From assembly GCA_977016875.1 (NCBI GenBank), contig CDRNST010000020.1, positions 5,828,001 to 5,892,000 of the forward strand: a stretch of DNA of 64,000 bases, written 5' to 3'. A program made the translations under genes and the position numbers. The notes under the pieces were generated by a model, which worked only from the letters and a program-made list of their open reading frames with translations, had not been told where the DNA came from and did no database searches. This document shows, one piece after another, positions 49,762 to 63,600 of this stretch; positions within the stretch are counted from its first letter, which is position 1, and every line of letters begins with the position of its first letter. Origin of the DNA: Pavona decussata (Eukaryota).

Positions 49762-50514
49762 GGTGGCCGAACACAGTTTTCCAATATACAGGTGTTTGTA
49801 AACATTATTTGAAAACTATGTACTCCTGAGTGCCCGAAATAAGCATGGTGCAAGATTAACTTAGAAGGAATGAATTTTGATACTTCTTGTTGAGCAAGGT
49901 GCTGTTGCCATGACAATGCAGCAAGCCATGAAACGTCCACAAATAATGGTTTTCCTTAATTTTTAGAAAATGCACTCGTTAGATTTTGTCCATTTTTTGT
50001 ATCCAGAAAAACTCACAAAATACTGACACAGTGACGCTGCTTTCATGTAATTTTAACAGAGAGATCTCCTGTTAATGCTGGTTTTGCACTTTAGTGTTTT
50101 TTGAAGATACCCTCTGTTATATTTTGGTTTTTGTTTGTAGGCAAGTTATGCTTTTAGAGAACTACTGTTTTGTTAAATTTCACGAAATTCTAAAGAGCGG
50201 TTCCTTAGAAAACAGTTCATTTCCATTAAAACAACCAGTCACAATTTTTTGCGTGGCTTTTAAGTTTTCTCAGCAAAGGTGAAAAGCGTACAAAAAGGCT
50301 TAGCTCTTCGTGAACTCACTTTCTTTGTTCGGCAATAAATGAACAAGGTTTCGCAAACGAGAAACTAAGTTATTTTAAGAGCAAAACTTACCTTTGTTAT
50401 CCATTTGGTATAAAATTGAGGGATCGATAGTATTTGCTTACCACAACCCTAGCTTGCATTTAGTAGCATCACTAACAGAATCTGTAAAGGGCGCGCAAAC
50501 TGTGTTCGGCCACC
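49762..50514. mobile_element. Kolobok-type non-autonomous element
   Basis: Perfect 18-bp TIR GGTGGCCGAACACAGTTT with TTAA on both flanks. The GG terminus argues against piggyBac. Confidence 0.85.
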
Positions 50515-50699
50515 TTAAGTAATTTTACTCATTAGTTACAAGAAACCGAAATACTTGGCGCCATTTTTGTTGCCGGCGCTACAGTTTCGGACCTTCATAA
50601 GCCGCAAATTTAAATTATCAGTAAAACATCTTTGCTTTTTTTATGCAGTCAACTTCAAATGCACTGTTTATTTTTTATATATGACGGTACTTATAAATT

Positions 50700-51400
50700 A
50701 GCTCACCTTACATTATCACCACTTGGGTTTTTCAGAGCAGATCCAAAAAGATTATTGATCTCCGCTGTCAAAGTTTCCGCACTCCAGTCTTTAATCACTG
50801 GCCACGCATCAAGTAGTGGTTTTTCCTTATCAAATCCGCTTTAACTTCTCCATGCGGAACCTTTTCCCATTCAGGACAACCGAGAAGACAGACGTCTTTT
50901 TAAAACACACTTGGTTCAGCCACATCTCGTGTTGATCTTTGGTTTCCGCAGGGACGGTGTGGCTGAAAACGCCCATTGTGGGACTGTGGTCTCCCTCGAC
51001 TTTCAGAACCTCTTCCGGCCCTTCCTTAATTGGAAGTGGCTGAAAAGTTACTCTCAACGGCTCTTATAGATGCCACCATCGACGGCAAAATTGCCTGTTG
51101 ATGTCCGTGGTATTCAGAAGGCTCGGTTTAGTTCAGAAGTCACTGACACCTCGTCAGTGGAAGTACTTGTTGCTGAGGTTTGATTTTCTTGTTGGGGCAC
51201 GCGGTTCAAGTTGTTGAGGACCGCATTGACAAGTATTTGTTGAACAGAACTTGCAGAATGCGAGTGAACGTTCATGTTTGCTGCTTTGAGGAATTCCCAC
51301 GCGAAGAATTCTCTTATTCCCGTATGCATAGCACATCACTTCCTGTAATACTGTAAAAGGATATCCTCCTTACATCTGGTTGAGGCGCAAATCAGTTTCT
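50700..51400 (-). pseudogene. N-terminal exon relic of a repetitive ORF
   Basis: SELNRAF and VFKKDVCLLGCPEWEKVPHGEVKADLI..KDWSAE; ends at a GT donor near 50706. Frameshifted. Confidence 0.3.
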
Positions 51401-53105
51401 GCTTCCTCTCGACTATTTTTTTCGGTGTTGATTTTTCCGGTTGACTGACTTTTTGCGTCAGACATATTTTTTAGAAAGTCAACTCGAGTTTTAGACTTTG
51501 AACTAAATTTTTTCTTAAATTGTGGACCATTATTATTTTTGGAAGTAAAATTTTCAATTCAGCGACCTCAGTTTTTTAATCTCACTCTTTATTTCTCCAA
51601 GTAAGTCACTTTTTGTTAGGGAATTTTTGTCCGCAATGAAACGCCATACTTGGCAGCCCTGCTAATGAAAGATGTGCCATCTTAAAGGCCGGAAATGTTG
51701 CCCTTGTCACACAGTAAAAAAAAAGAACTTTTGGTAAGAGAGAATTTGAATTTGGTGCCTAATTGTTGCTTCTTTTGCAATATTTGGGTTCATTTAGCTT
51801 TTTTTTGTTTTGGTCTCCAGTAATTGATAATTTGTTATTCCAGAGAGAAGGCTATAGTTCTTATTATCTCATGTTAGATCTTCCAGCTATTACTTGCATA
51901 AATTAATATATGAGTATTTGATAGTCTAAGAAATATTATTCAGCTACTTAGATACCTGAGGCAGCTATGTGATCTTCAATTTAAATCCTTTCTTTCAGTC
52001 AACTTCTAATTTGTGTATAGGAAGTAAAAATGCTTCGCAGTAACAGCATTCTTCGACCAAGCTCTCTTTTGCCCATTTTTTGACAGGGAGAATTCAAAAA
52101 AGGCAAACACTTTTTAATGTACTTGCAAAAGACCTGTCAACCTGAAAGTCCTGATTAAAAAATGAACAATTTAATAGGAAGCATGATTGGCCTTATTGCT
52201 GGCTTGAACGAAATGCCCTGGGTGTAGGAACAAAAGAAGGCTATGGTCATTTTACCTTATCAGTAAGATATTACACTAGCCAGTGTTGCCATAATGCCTT
52301 TTGTTGTTCGTCTTCTTGCAGGGCTGGTATCTTAATTAACACTGGTGAGCAGTGGCAACCAAAAGTGGAATGTTATGTTTAACGCCAGCTTGGACCAGAT
52401 TATATTACCTAGGTCAAAGCTATCACTGGCTTTGTTACAAGAGGGAGCCAGCAAGAACTTCAGAAGCAATATGCCTTATCAAAAACATTAGTTACATTCA
52501 TTTGAAAACATTAATGTAACCATGTTTGTTACTCACAAGAATGTTGTTAGATTTCAAGTCACACTGGAGGAAGCTTTTTGAGTGAATAATTAAAAGGCCT
52601 CCGTTGTTTGTCAACATTGCTTGTAGATTCTGTAATGTTGCATTTTTTTCTCACATGGTAATGGTTTACTTATTGTCACACGTGTTCTGTTCCCCTTGAC
52701 ACTCAACAACTTAATGATATGGGCTTGTTTTTTCAACTGTACGCCAATTATGCTTATTTGTATGGTTAATTGCTTGCTTAATTTGATCCTTCAGGATCTC
52801 CCTGGTATGTCTCAACTAGATTAAGGCATGGTCCTTGAGACATTTTGTTGACACCCCTCCCTGCCCCACATCTGTTGCATGACAATGGCTACCTAAAGAT
52901 GACTACATCTTGACAGTGAGTTTCCGAAAAATGACTGCATTTTGAAAACTCAGTAGTGAATTCCATAACAAACTGTAATTTGCCTTCACTGTGCTACATT
53001 TGAATTGTGTGCCCATTTAATCATGATAATTTCAAAGTTTAATTTGGGGGCAGCATAGAATTTGGAGTTCTATTAATTATACCTGAACAGGTGTGGGAAC
53101 TGCAT

Positions 53106-54165
53106 TCATTCTTTGCAAAGGGATACATTGTTTTCAAGCTGATTGAGAAGATCAGAAACAGAGCATCTTAATTTGGGATCTTCTGCCAAGCATTTTCTTT
53201 GTGCTTCAAGAAAGCAACTTTCAGATGGAATTTTGGTACTTATATCAGACATGACTAAACCAAATGAAAATATGTCAAAGGCAATAGATGGCGGTTGGCC
53301 AAGAACAATTGCAGGAGCAATGTGGCGGTACTTTTTACTGTAGCTATGTTGTCCATGTACACTGAGACACTTCCTTTTGGAAATAGCATCGATAGACTTG
53401 CCAAGATCAATGAGCATGGGATGAAATTCATGTCACGCCCTGGGCGATTACACAAGTAGGGCCAGCACAAACGCAAAGCCCAGGCTACTCTGATACATAA
53501 AAGTACACACAGACCCTGCTGTTCACATGAAATGTCTTGGGTTCTTGAATGGAAGCTTAACCCTGTCTCCAACGAAGAGGCGCAACGGGAAATCGGGACA
53601 CGTGTCTGCCCATCACTACGGAGCGAGAAATTGCTTCTGTGGAAATGTTGCCAAATCCATAGGCTCCTCTTGCATGTGACAGCTGAGAGGAGACGTAAGA
53701 GATGCCGCCCCAGACCCAGTCACGAGCACAAGGTCTCGGCTGATGCATGTGCCATCAGCCCCCTCCAACTGAGCATCACACTGGAAAACAGAACCGTATT
53801 GTAAGAGATGTTACGCGCAACCCAGCTTCTGACGTCCGAGACATCATAATACTGGACTTTATGCTCGTGCACCTCATGAAGTACCGCATTGTCCGCAACA
53901 ATTGTCACATCCAGTATGAGGGTGGACCTAGATGGATGATGGAAGATTAGGTCTGGTCTACGCAGGCCTGCTGTAGTTGGAATGGCAGGCTTTCTGATAC
54001 AAGACCACTCGGCTTTAGCCGCAGCGGTCTGCACCAGGGAGACAATTTTATCGTGTCTGGAGACTTTTGAGCCGTGAGTTCTTGGACAAACTTGGACGAT
54101 GTCACGATGCAGCAGTTGTTTCATTTGAAGGTGCTGCAAAGCTTGGCCAAGTTCTAGGGTAATTT
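53106..54165 (-). pseudogene. Protein kinase C-lobe relic interrupted by an R2-like fragment
   Basis: ALQHLQMKQLLHRD (about 54100-54150), then after the insert MLIDLGK, HIAPAIV, DIFSFG and CLAEDPKLR (53106-53417). Confidence 0.78.
53430..54100 (-). mobile_element. R2-clade non-LTR 3' fragment (restriction-like endonuclease and 3' UTR)
   Basis: IVQVCPRTHG..RHDKIV, GLRRPDLI, ILDVTIV, HKVQYYD and LSWRG. Confidence 0.82.
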
Positions 54166-54719
54166 TGTGCTTTTAGGCATATACTTTGGGGGGGGGGGGT
54201 GGTGGCAGGGTGGAGACGGTGATTAAGTATACAATGGCAACTGAAACTTGGAAGGTTTTCTTTTACGTCTGAAAAACGAACTAACTATTCTGCAAACAAT
54301 TGCTGCGAAAAATAACAACTTACAGCAATTTATGGAAACGTGGGCCCTTGTGCTATAAGGCTACTAGGATAGGTGTACTTTTGTCCGTCTTCGCGTTTTT
54401 AGTTGTGTTTTGTTCGTTTGTTTCTTTTGTTTTGCTAAAGAAAAGAATTGAATAACACAAGAAAAGGGAAAGGAAAAAAATAAACAAATAAATGAATAGG
54501 AGAAAAAATCTCTAAATAATTTTGTAAGTAGTAGATAGCTTTTGGTAACAGATGTCAAGTATTGTTAGCTGCATACAAAGTTTATTGAAAGTCAAGTATT
54601 CTTAGCAAAGTATTGTAAGCCGTGTAGTAATAGTAGTGTAATTTACTTCTTTACAAATGTATTACCTCTTAATAAAAATAATAATAATAACAATAATAAT
54701 AATAGTAATAATTGATAGT

Positions 54720-55215
54720 ACTTTATTAGTAGAAAACAAGCAACAAATACAGAAAGGTGATTAAAAATATCGGTATCGGAAAAAAAAAAGAAAAACGCTT
54801 CATAATTCTGCAGTTCATACTAAGAATATCCATACAAAAACTTTTTCAAAGACGTTGATCGATCAACAACATATACAAAGTTAAAAATCTTAAAAAAAGA
54901 AATAAAAATCAACATCAAATGGAAGGCTACCGAGAGAAATAAGAAAAACTAAAAAATAAAATTATGTTCTCAATGTTTTTAACGAATACTTGCATGTCCT
55001 TTCTCGATGTCAAAGTCAATGTCCGTCAATTCTAGATGGATCCTCCTTGTAGCTCGCGAACCTCTTAAGCATAGTAATGCTGAGCTCAGCAACGCAAAGG
55101 ACACCCTTGCCCTGATCCATGACATAGTAGTCGCACAGCTTTCGCCCTTCTTTGAAGCAACTAACTCGGCAAGCCTACTATGATATCGCTTGCATTCCAT
55201 CACCATTCCACCTGT
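54720..55215 (-). mobile_element. CRE-clade non-LTR retrotransposon 3' end
   Basis: [25 protein letters not shown]...[24 protein letters not shown] followed by a T-rich 3' UTR. Confidence 0.7.
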
Positions 55216-55217
55216 AT

Positions 55218-55262
<45 letters not shown>

Positions 55263-55272
55263 GTATTATTAT
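55216..55272. repeat. (TAA)n microsatellite
   Basis: Direct trinucleotide run; a shorter imperfect run lies at 54677-54712. Confidence 0.95.
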
Positions 55273-56153
55273 TAAAAAGATGCAAAGAATACTGAAAATT
55301 TACAGGTAAGTCTGTTTCCTTAATTTTTATTTTAAATATTAAAAAACGTTTGTCATAATGAAGCTCAATTTGGCTTAGTTGAGTCGCACCGAGTCTTTCC
55401 ACAGTCTCTTTTCAATTTTAAGTCAGGTCCGTGTATGTGAGGTCTTTAATCCAAGCACTACGCATTCAACGTATATGTTATGCACTCTAGTTAAGCTTTC
55501 AAAAATAATGTAAATCTAAAACTGCAGAACGTTTTTGTGTTTTGACCCCCCCTTCCCACACTTACTATCCCGAAGAGGTTGGGGCGGGGGGTAAGTCAGT
55601 ACAGAACGCGTTGTGAGAGGCAATTACTACATGTATACAATAAGAACCGATAACTTTATTTAGACATAGTAATTCTATCAGCTACATAATTAACTCACTA
55701 TCTACCTAACTAAAATTACGAATCTCAAAGTAATAAATAAACAATAAATGCTGCTTTTCTTGGGGGCCATGTTTAAAATTGTACCTGAAAAGTTTTTATG
55801 ATGAATCAACTTAGCCTTAAAATCATTCAAGGAAGTCAGTATTCGGTGTTTTAGGCAGTCATGAATTCTGCTTATAGGGCAGTCGTTTTCAGAGGGGTAT
55901 TCTATTTCTAGAGTTTCTTATCCCAATGTTTTAATTGTCAAACCCGCTCCTTCAAACAAAGAAAGAACAACAAAAAGATACGCCCACACACAACGACAGA
56001 GAGATTTGGCTTGATTTTGTATATCTCAGATTATAATCTATGTTTCCTTTTTTTCTAATTCACTGCCTTCAACTACTGCAGTGTAAATAATTTTAGGAAA
56101 TTACACTGTATTTTTCCAAACCAAAACTAATGTACAATGTTTACACATTTTAA

Positions 56154-57595
56154 TTAATACAAGTGCACAGTTATGTTCCAATGCTTTAGCAATTGCTTGC
56201 AAAGTCGTAGTGCAATGTATAATGTGTGGCCTTCCTTGTCTTTACAGATGTCTTCCAGAGTCGGTTCTTGGCAGTTATTTCTGGACGTAAATGATGTTTC
56301 CCACTCTTTGTAGTTTTTCTTCACATGTGAATATCTCGCAAGGACTTGTGATTGCACATAAGCTAGCTGGGTCTGATAATCTTCTTGCAGAGCCTTACTG
56401 TTTGGGCTTTTGCGAAGCTCATTCCTGTACCTGTAATAATTTTCCGAGAAAGACCAGGTGAATTGTCAGCTATCTGTGCTTCAAGGTTTTGGGTGAAAAT
56501 AGCTTCACTTTCCTCTCTCTCTGATACTGTAGCCAAACCCTCTTGTTGTTCATCCTCATCCAGAAGGTCTTCATCAAATTGAACAATGCTAATGACATTA
56601 TTTTCATCTTTATTTACTTCATCATTATCATCATCATCATTGTCATAATCATCACCCTCACTGATGCATTGGTTTAGCCAACTGTTATCTTCTGTGCTCT
56701 CTTGTTGCTGCCCCAGTGAATGATTAATTCCACTCTCAGAGCTGTCACCATTGCTGTCGCAATGATCTTCATCATCACCGTCATCACTCTCATCATCTTG
56801 CAGGAACCTGGTGTGAATTATATGATCAAGGTCACCTCTGTCATCAAACACTCTTATGATGTGGTGGGGTATTTGAACCTCAGATGCCAAACACTTCTTC
56901 CAGTTATCTTGAAGGTACTGGTCTTCAGATTTCAGTGTGTGAACGGAAATGATGCAAAGGTGGATCACTGTCAGCTCCTGACTGAGATATATTTGGCTTA
57001 GTAATGTCAAGAAATTCAACGCCACTTTTAATGTGCCTCCACCAAACCCCCTCACCACAAAGAAGGAAATCTGAAATGCGCTCAAGGTGTGCCTGATAAG
57101 CATCCTGGTATTTAAGAATGACTCTGTGTGGGATGATGCTGTTTTCTGGCGCTGCTAGACACTGATAATTTGCTTAGACGGGATTTTTCTTCTTTCAGGG
57201 CACTCCGTCTGTTAATGTCATCCCCCTTCATTTCAGTTTGCGTTGCGATTATCCCAGGTGTAATAATCTCCCCAAGTCGTCAGCTGGATGTTGCCAATGA
57301 AATGCTTGAAAATGTGTTGAAATGCCATTCTTGTTGTTTGGTGTTTGTTGACCGTGAGCAGATGTTGGATGGGTGCGTGGCAAACCAATGAATCTAGGTA
57401 GCGGCCATAAAATTTTCTCTGTGTGAGAATTACAGGCCTCCCAATAACCTCCTCACATGCAATGGCATGGAGAAAAGGTTGATTGTGAAGCCTCAAGATG
57501 TTTCTTTGACAGTGCTCATTTCCCTTTGCATATAGAATGTGGGTAATCTCTGTCATAGTGTCCAACAAGAGCTGAACTATTGCGTTGACAAAACC
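56154..57595 (-). pseudogene. C-terminal exon of a putative RAG1/Transib-like transposase with an acidic tract and an Sld2/RecQ4-like tail
   Basis: RNILRLHN..H..C..FYGRYLDSLVCHAPIQH resembles the Y.H....H.P motif; D/E-rich tract; KKNYKEWETSF..PTLEDI. AG acceptor at about 57595. Confidence 0.4.
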
Positions 57596-57846
57596 TGGTG
57601 ATGAAGTAAAAAATCATAAATAATCACTTCATTCTAATATAGTAAATGTCCTAAAACTAAACCAAATTTTTTTCAGTTAATAGAAAATGCAGTAATTTGA
57701 ACTTGTTTTTGGGAGCTGGATACCATTAATTATATTTAGCCCTTTAATGGTCATCTATATCTAGGTACACATATCTTGCCCTGATATTTTGGTATTTTTG
57801 TACATGTACAGTGTTATTAGTACATTGTTAGCACATGTATACATGC

Positions 57847-58066
57847 TGTAGCATTGTCATTTATTGTTCTAGACAGAGATGTACTCACTCATTTCACATG
57901 TGTAATTCTGATCTTTATTGAACGTGGTTCTTCTACTTACTCAGTACAGTTTTAAGTATACTCAGGAATAGTAGTTTTACAGCATGCAGTAGTTAAAGTA
58001 CCATTACACAATATTTGCACAGTATACATGGTCTGATGCAGTTGTTATGGTAATCAATACACTACA
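57847..58066 (-). repeat. Gypsy 3' LTR (220 bp)
   Basis: TGTAG...CTACA termini, internal AATAAA, immediately preceded on the minus strand by the polypurine tract GGGAAGGA (58067-58074). Confidence 0.85.
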
Positions 58067-60634
58067 TCCTTCCCAAGCAACGTTCAAAAACATCAATCAA
58101 ATATTCACTGAATCATAGGCGAATCTACTCACTCAAAAATAAACAAAATTGGCCCAGTACTTGGTGGACTTGGCTATGCGTCCTGATCTAGTTGCAATGC
58201 TATGTTGAGCATTCTGAGCGGCTTGATCGTCAGAATGATCGCTTTCCATACAAGCATCAGAATTTGTCGATTTAGGATCACTACTTTCCCCTACTTTAGC
58301 TTGAAGCTCAACAGTCTGTTGACTCATTGTTGTCAGTAATGACTTCGTTAGCAGGCGCATGCTTTAAGTATTTTGCATTGCGAACTAGAGTGGTACTGTG
58401 GAAGCATTTACAACGCTGAAAGTGTCCCTCCCTTGAGACCTAATGATAACCTGCTTAGCCGGATTAAACTTTGAGTCTAATTTGTTTGGCTTCATATTCG
58501 CACAATACACAATGTTGCCGACATGAAAGTTGTGCGGAGCTGCGCGCTGCTTAGCGTCGTGATAATCTTTCAAGTGGCTTTGATAGGTTTCGCATCCTGC
58601 CTGATGTTCTCCATCGAGTGCTACGTTGTTAGCAACGCTTGCAATATGAGGTACTTTCATGCGTATTTCGCAAGTCAATAACAACATTGCGGGTGATTTT
58701 CCACTGACCGGATGCGGGCTTGCTCGATAAAGCATAAGGATTTTGGGCAATTCATCTTGCCAAGACTTGCCTTTAGTTATGACTGCTCAAAAATTCTTCT
58801 TGAGATACCGATGAAATCTCTCTAATTTCCCATTGCTACGCGCGTAATACAGATTCTTCTTTTATTCCGCTGTAGGCTTTTAGCTTCTGGTCATTCGACC
58901 ATTTTGCACTTTGAATTTCGCTTAGTAGCTTGCTTAGCATGACATCCTTGCTTGTCTGCGCCTTCATGTCAGAAAGAGTGACAGCTTGCAAACCTGACAT
59001 GTTTGAAGAGTACACAAATCGTACATTATTTTCGCAAATAAAACCACTGTCCGATAAATCGTTGCTTTTGGACGGTAAACGTGACAGCGAGTCTACTGTG
59101 TTAGAAGTTCCGGAGATGTGTGCAATTTGAAAGTTGTTTTGGTGCAGATGCCATGCCAAACGCTGAATTCTAGGTGGCAGAACTTTGCTTGAATGCGGAG
59201 CAACCATGCTTGAAAGCGGCTTATTGTCGGTCAACAGCGTAAACTTGATACTGAATAAATAATTGTGCAATTGTTCTACTGCCCAAACGCAACCTAAAGC
59301 TTCGCGCTCAATCTGCGAATACCTTTGTTCTGTCAATGTGAGAGATCGACTAATATACGCGATAGGTTTGGGTTGACCTGCACCCTGGTCTTGTAGGAAA
59401 ATACCACCTAAACCGACTGGACTGGCATCTGTCACAACAAAAGGAGGAGCATCTAAATGGAAACAAGCCAAAACAGGTTCGCGAGAAAGCGATTTCTTCA
59501 AGGCTTTGAATGCCTTAGTCTGCTTATTTCCCCAAGACCACTTCTGTTCCTTTCTAGTGAGCTTCCTAAGAGGCTCAACTAAGTGCGCGTAATTAGGTAT
59601 AAACTTTGCAACATAACCACATGTCCCGAGGAAAGATCGAAGATTGGATACGTCATCGGGCGGAGTTGTTGCCTTGATGGCTTCCGTTTTCGCCGGATTG
59701 GGCTGAATGCCATTCGCAGAGACAACATGGCCTAGAATAGAAATTTGTGAAATGCCGAACCTATACTTGCCTTTATTTAGCTTTAAGTTGTATTGACGGC
59801 AACACTCGAATACTTGCCGGAGACGCTTCACCAGTGTTTCCATTGTTGGCACGTGAATAATCACGTCATCAATCGAAATGTGTACGCCTTCGACGCCAAA
59901 CAGTTTTTTGTCCATCATTTTCTGAAAGGCTTCGCTTGCATCATTAAGTCCGAAGGGAGTGCGCTTAAACCGATAACAGCCCCGTGGCGTAATGAACGTA
60001 GTAATATACCGCGACTCTTCAGCCAGCATGAGGTGAAAGAAGCCACTCTTGGCATCGATTTTTGCAAAACACTCAGAGCCGCGCAATGAATGCAAAGTAT
60101 TGTCAACCTTAGGCAAAACATAACGCTCCCTAATTACGGCCTTGTTAACTTCATGCAAGTCACAACATACCCTTAGTTCCCCCGATTTCTTTGGGACGAT
60201 AACTAGATTTGAAACCCATGGACTTGGCTCAGTGAGTTCTTCAATAATTTCTTGCTCTAGCATCCTGTCAAGCTCTTGTTGTTGACTGACAGTTACGCGT
60301 CTTAGGTGTTGACTCTTAGGTTTGACCTCTGGGTCAATGGTAATTTTGTGTTCAAAGTCGTTTACTTTGCCTAATCCCTCGAAAATGCCACTATATTCCT
60401 TAAGCAGTGAGTTAAGCTCAGTGTTGCTACTTTCAGGAGTGACAGAATTCACCTGCGTAAGTACCTTTAACTTAAAGATAGAGTGACGTCCTAGGAGTGA
60501 CTCGGCATTACCCTCGATTACATAAACATTCGAGTTAATGACATTTTCGAGCACTCGAATTACAGCGTTAAAATACCCTCTACATTTCAATGGCTCTTTC
60601 TGGCCGTACGCTGTGAAGCGTTTTTCTGTACTGT

Positions 60635-63600
60635 TAGTCCAGCTGCTAATGACCAGAAATGTTCGTTTTATGATAAAAGCTTGAAACTTGGCAGGCTTAC
60701 TAACCTCTGTAAGAGAACTATTTCCTGATATGGAGCCATCCCAAATTAAGACCCAGAGTCACGTACAGCGCATGTCCAAAAATGGCATATAAAGCCTTCA
60801 CATGGAAGCGAGGCAGATGTAACATGCTGATTTCCTGGCGTTGCTTGGACAACTATGTTTAGTTTCTTGCTTTCTATTTTTAGAGCACGTTATATCATAC
60901 AGTGCTTATGAATATAAAAGCAAGTCATATGACTGATCACGTGACTGTTTTGCATTCGATTAACAGCATAACATTAAGCAACTAGTAAGATTTAAGAATC
61001 CCTCTTTCTCAATGGAAATTTCTTCGATGCCAGGTGATTTGAAATAATTTTCGACCATTCTATGAATTCTGAAATAAAGTCATTAAAAATGTACACCTAG
61101 AAGCACACAATTATGCATGCACAAAATTGGATCGTCTGGAATTGTTGAGATAATCCGCTTGGATAAGGCCCTGCGCCTAGGAAACGATTGATGATTTCCA
61201 GCTGAAAAAAAAAATTACTGATTTTTATCCCCTGAGTAGAGGTTACCAAATACTATTTCAAAATAAACTCCCTCCTGAAAGTCAAAGCATTATACAAAAG
61301 AGCTGATATCTTTTCCAGTGAGCCATCATCATCATCATCATCATTGTTGGCCTCTCAAGGTCGGGACGTACGCAAACTTCACGATCCACCATAGCGTTCC
61401 CGAGATCTGACCTTTCTATCCCTGATTCCCTGGCAATCATGTCAGGAAAGGTCAATCTTCTTGAGTGGATAGGGCCACTTGGCTTCCATAGTAAGAGGGA
61501 CTGGGTAATCTCACCCATAGCTCTCTGGCAATGACCAGTGAATTGAAGTTGCGACTTGGCAAGCTTCTGGGAGAGTGGAAGAAGATTTCCGTAAATGCTC
61601 TTGTGAATGTGTGGCGTGCCCAGAAAAGGGAATGTTTTAAGCATGTGGGAGTAGATTGGTATATGTCCCATCAAGCCGTTGTTGTTGAGGCGAAGTTAGT
61701 GTTTACGTCTTGGGACCGTAAAGCAGAATTGGTTCAATCAACATTTTAAGCAAATAGATTTTCTCTTCATTGGCAAGGTCGGATTGTTATATCTTGTTGA
61801 GCTTATTACACGCAAGCTAAGGCTTTACGGGACTTCACATCCTTTTGTCAGTAGATTATGTATGGGCCGAGATATTTGAAGTCGTCGACTTGAGTGATCA
61901 TTCCGCCTGCTAGTGAGCGCAGGTGACACTTTGTAGTAGTGGAAATGACATGTTTTGCAATGTCATCTACAAAATCAAGATCTGTTGGATATTTTGCAGG
62001 GTGCCTTTGGCTACGTTAAGGATAGATTTGTAGGCCCTGTTCATTGATGGTGTGTAGTGAGAGAAGGAGAACATAGTCCAGCACAGTGATGAATAGGAAT
62101 GTCGCCAAAGTTAGCCGGCAATTTCTGTGAAGGCACGGCGATCAAGCTCATCTTGTATGCCTGGACCCTTAAGGGAAAAGTGTGGGTTTTTTTCCTGTGA
62201 TAAAGCAGACTCCCCGTCAGGACTACGTGCCCATTTAAATCTTGAAGTAGACAATAAAGTGAGAGAATGTGCCATCCTCTTCAACGAAGTTTTAAGCAAA
62301 GTTATCTATTAGTGACATACGATACCAAGCGCCAGGTCTCCCTGCACAATCAGACGAGGCAGTCAAAGTCCCCCAAGGATACCACCTACAGATCCATAGA
62401 AGAGATAGCATTTGCTGAACTGATTGACAATTGCAAAGATTACCGAAGGTTAACTGTGTTTTGACCTTGCAAGACTCCACTCAGCCAAATTTGAAGAGCT
62501 TGGAGTAGAACCTGCCAAAGTCTACACTTCAGATTTAAAGGATAGATAATTATCAGCCCTTCCAGATCTAAACACTCCCTTTCTCAACGAAGAGACATCC
62601 TTTATGCCTAAGGCATACCATCTTGCAAGCTGCGAGTAGATATTCTGCAGCTTCAGAAATTCTTTGAATGAAAGATTTCCCACAAACTGCCAAAGTGATG
62701 CTATTCCATCAACTCTCAAGACTCTTGTAAACATGATTATCGAAGGCCCCACAGTCCATCCGTAGCCCGGCCTGTAGAGAGTGACTCAAATTAAGCTGGT
62801 ATGACCCTCTCTCATCTTTTCATCTTTAACAGCATCTCAAGCGATCAAAATCCCTCTTCTGTAGTGTAGTTTCCGCCACGCAAGAGAAAGGAATGTCCCT
62901 TCCTCTCCTAATCTATGCCTTAAAGATTTATGGAGCAACAATGAGGCGACTTTTTTTTCAATGCTATGTTTGGCGTGGGCTTTGCATTTCTTGTGACAGA
63001 CCTCTTGCTTTTCCCGATATCGCAAACAGTGTTTGTACACAGTTTGAAAAGAATGGCGTTGCATGTCCTTCGGAACTGTGAGATGGTCTGTTTACAACTG
63101 CTGGACTTTGTTCTTGGAAAATATAGATTAAAAGCTAAGCTCCACAAGTGCACACGATTCGTTCCTTGCAACAGCTGTCTCTCTCTCTCTCTCTTGTGCA
63201 GCTTCAACAAATGAGGAACCCGGGGTGGATAGTGGGATAACTATTGTACCTTTACACACTGTACACTGTGCAAATACTGTTCCTCCAGCCTCTGAAGCTT
63301 CCAAAGGGGCACAAATTCCAGCCCCTTTTCTTGAAGTGCCTTCAGCAGTTTTAAGGGAAATTAACTTAAACAGTTCCCAAGACTACAAGTCATTGAAAGC
63401 CAGATCTTGACATTTTGGCAAGCACATCATATCAATTAAACGTCAGTAACTCGATAATGTATCTCAGCCTCGATTTCATGCATAGTTCCAATGTGGCACT
63501 TCTTGTGCATGCGTTAATATGTGTTTCTGGGTGAATATTTCTAATAACTTAAAATCAGAATTCAGTCAGAGAATGGTCAAAAATTATTTCAAGTCATTTA

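Noticed and set aside
53106-53417. Functional host kinase gene
   Set aside because: The N-lobe is absent, the catalytic loop is disrupted and APE is changed to APA.
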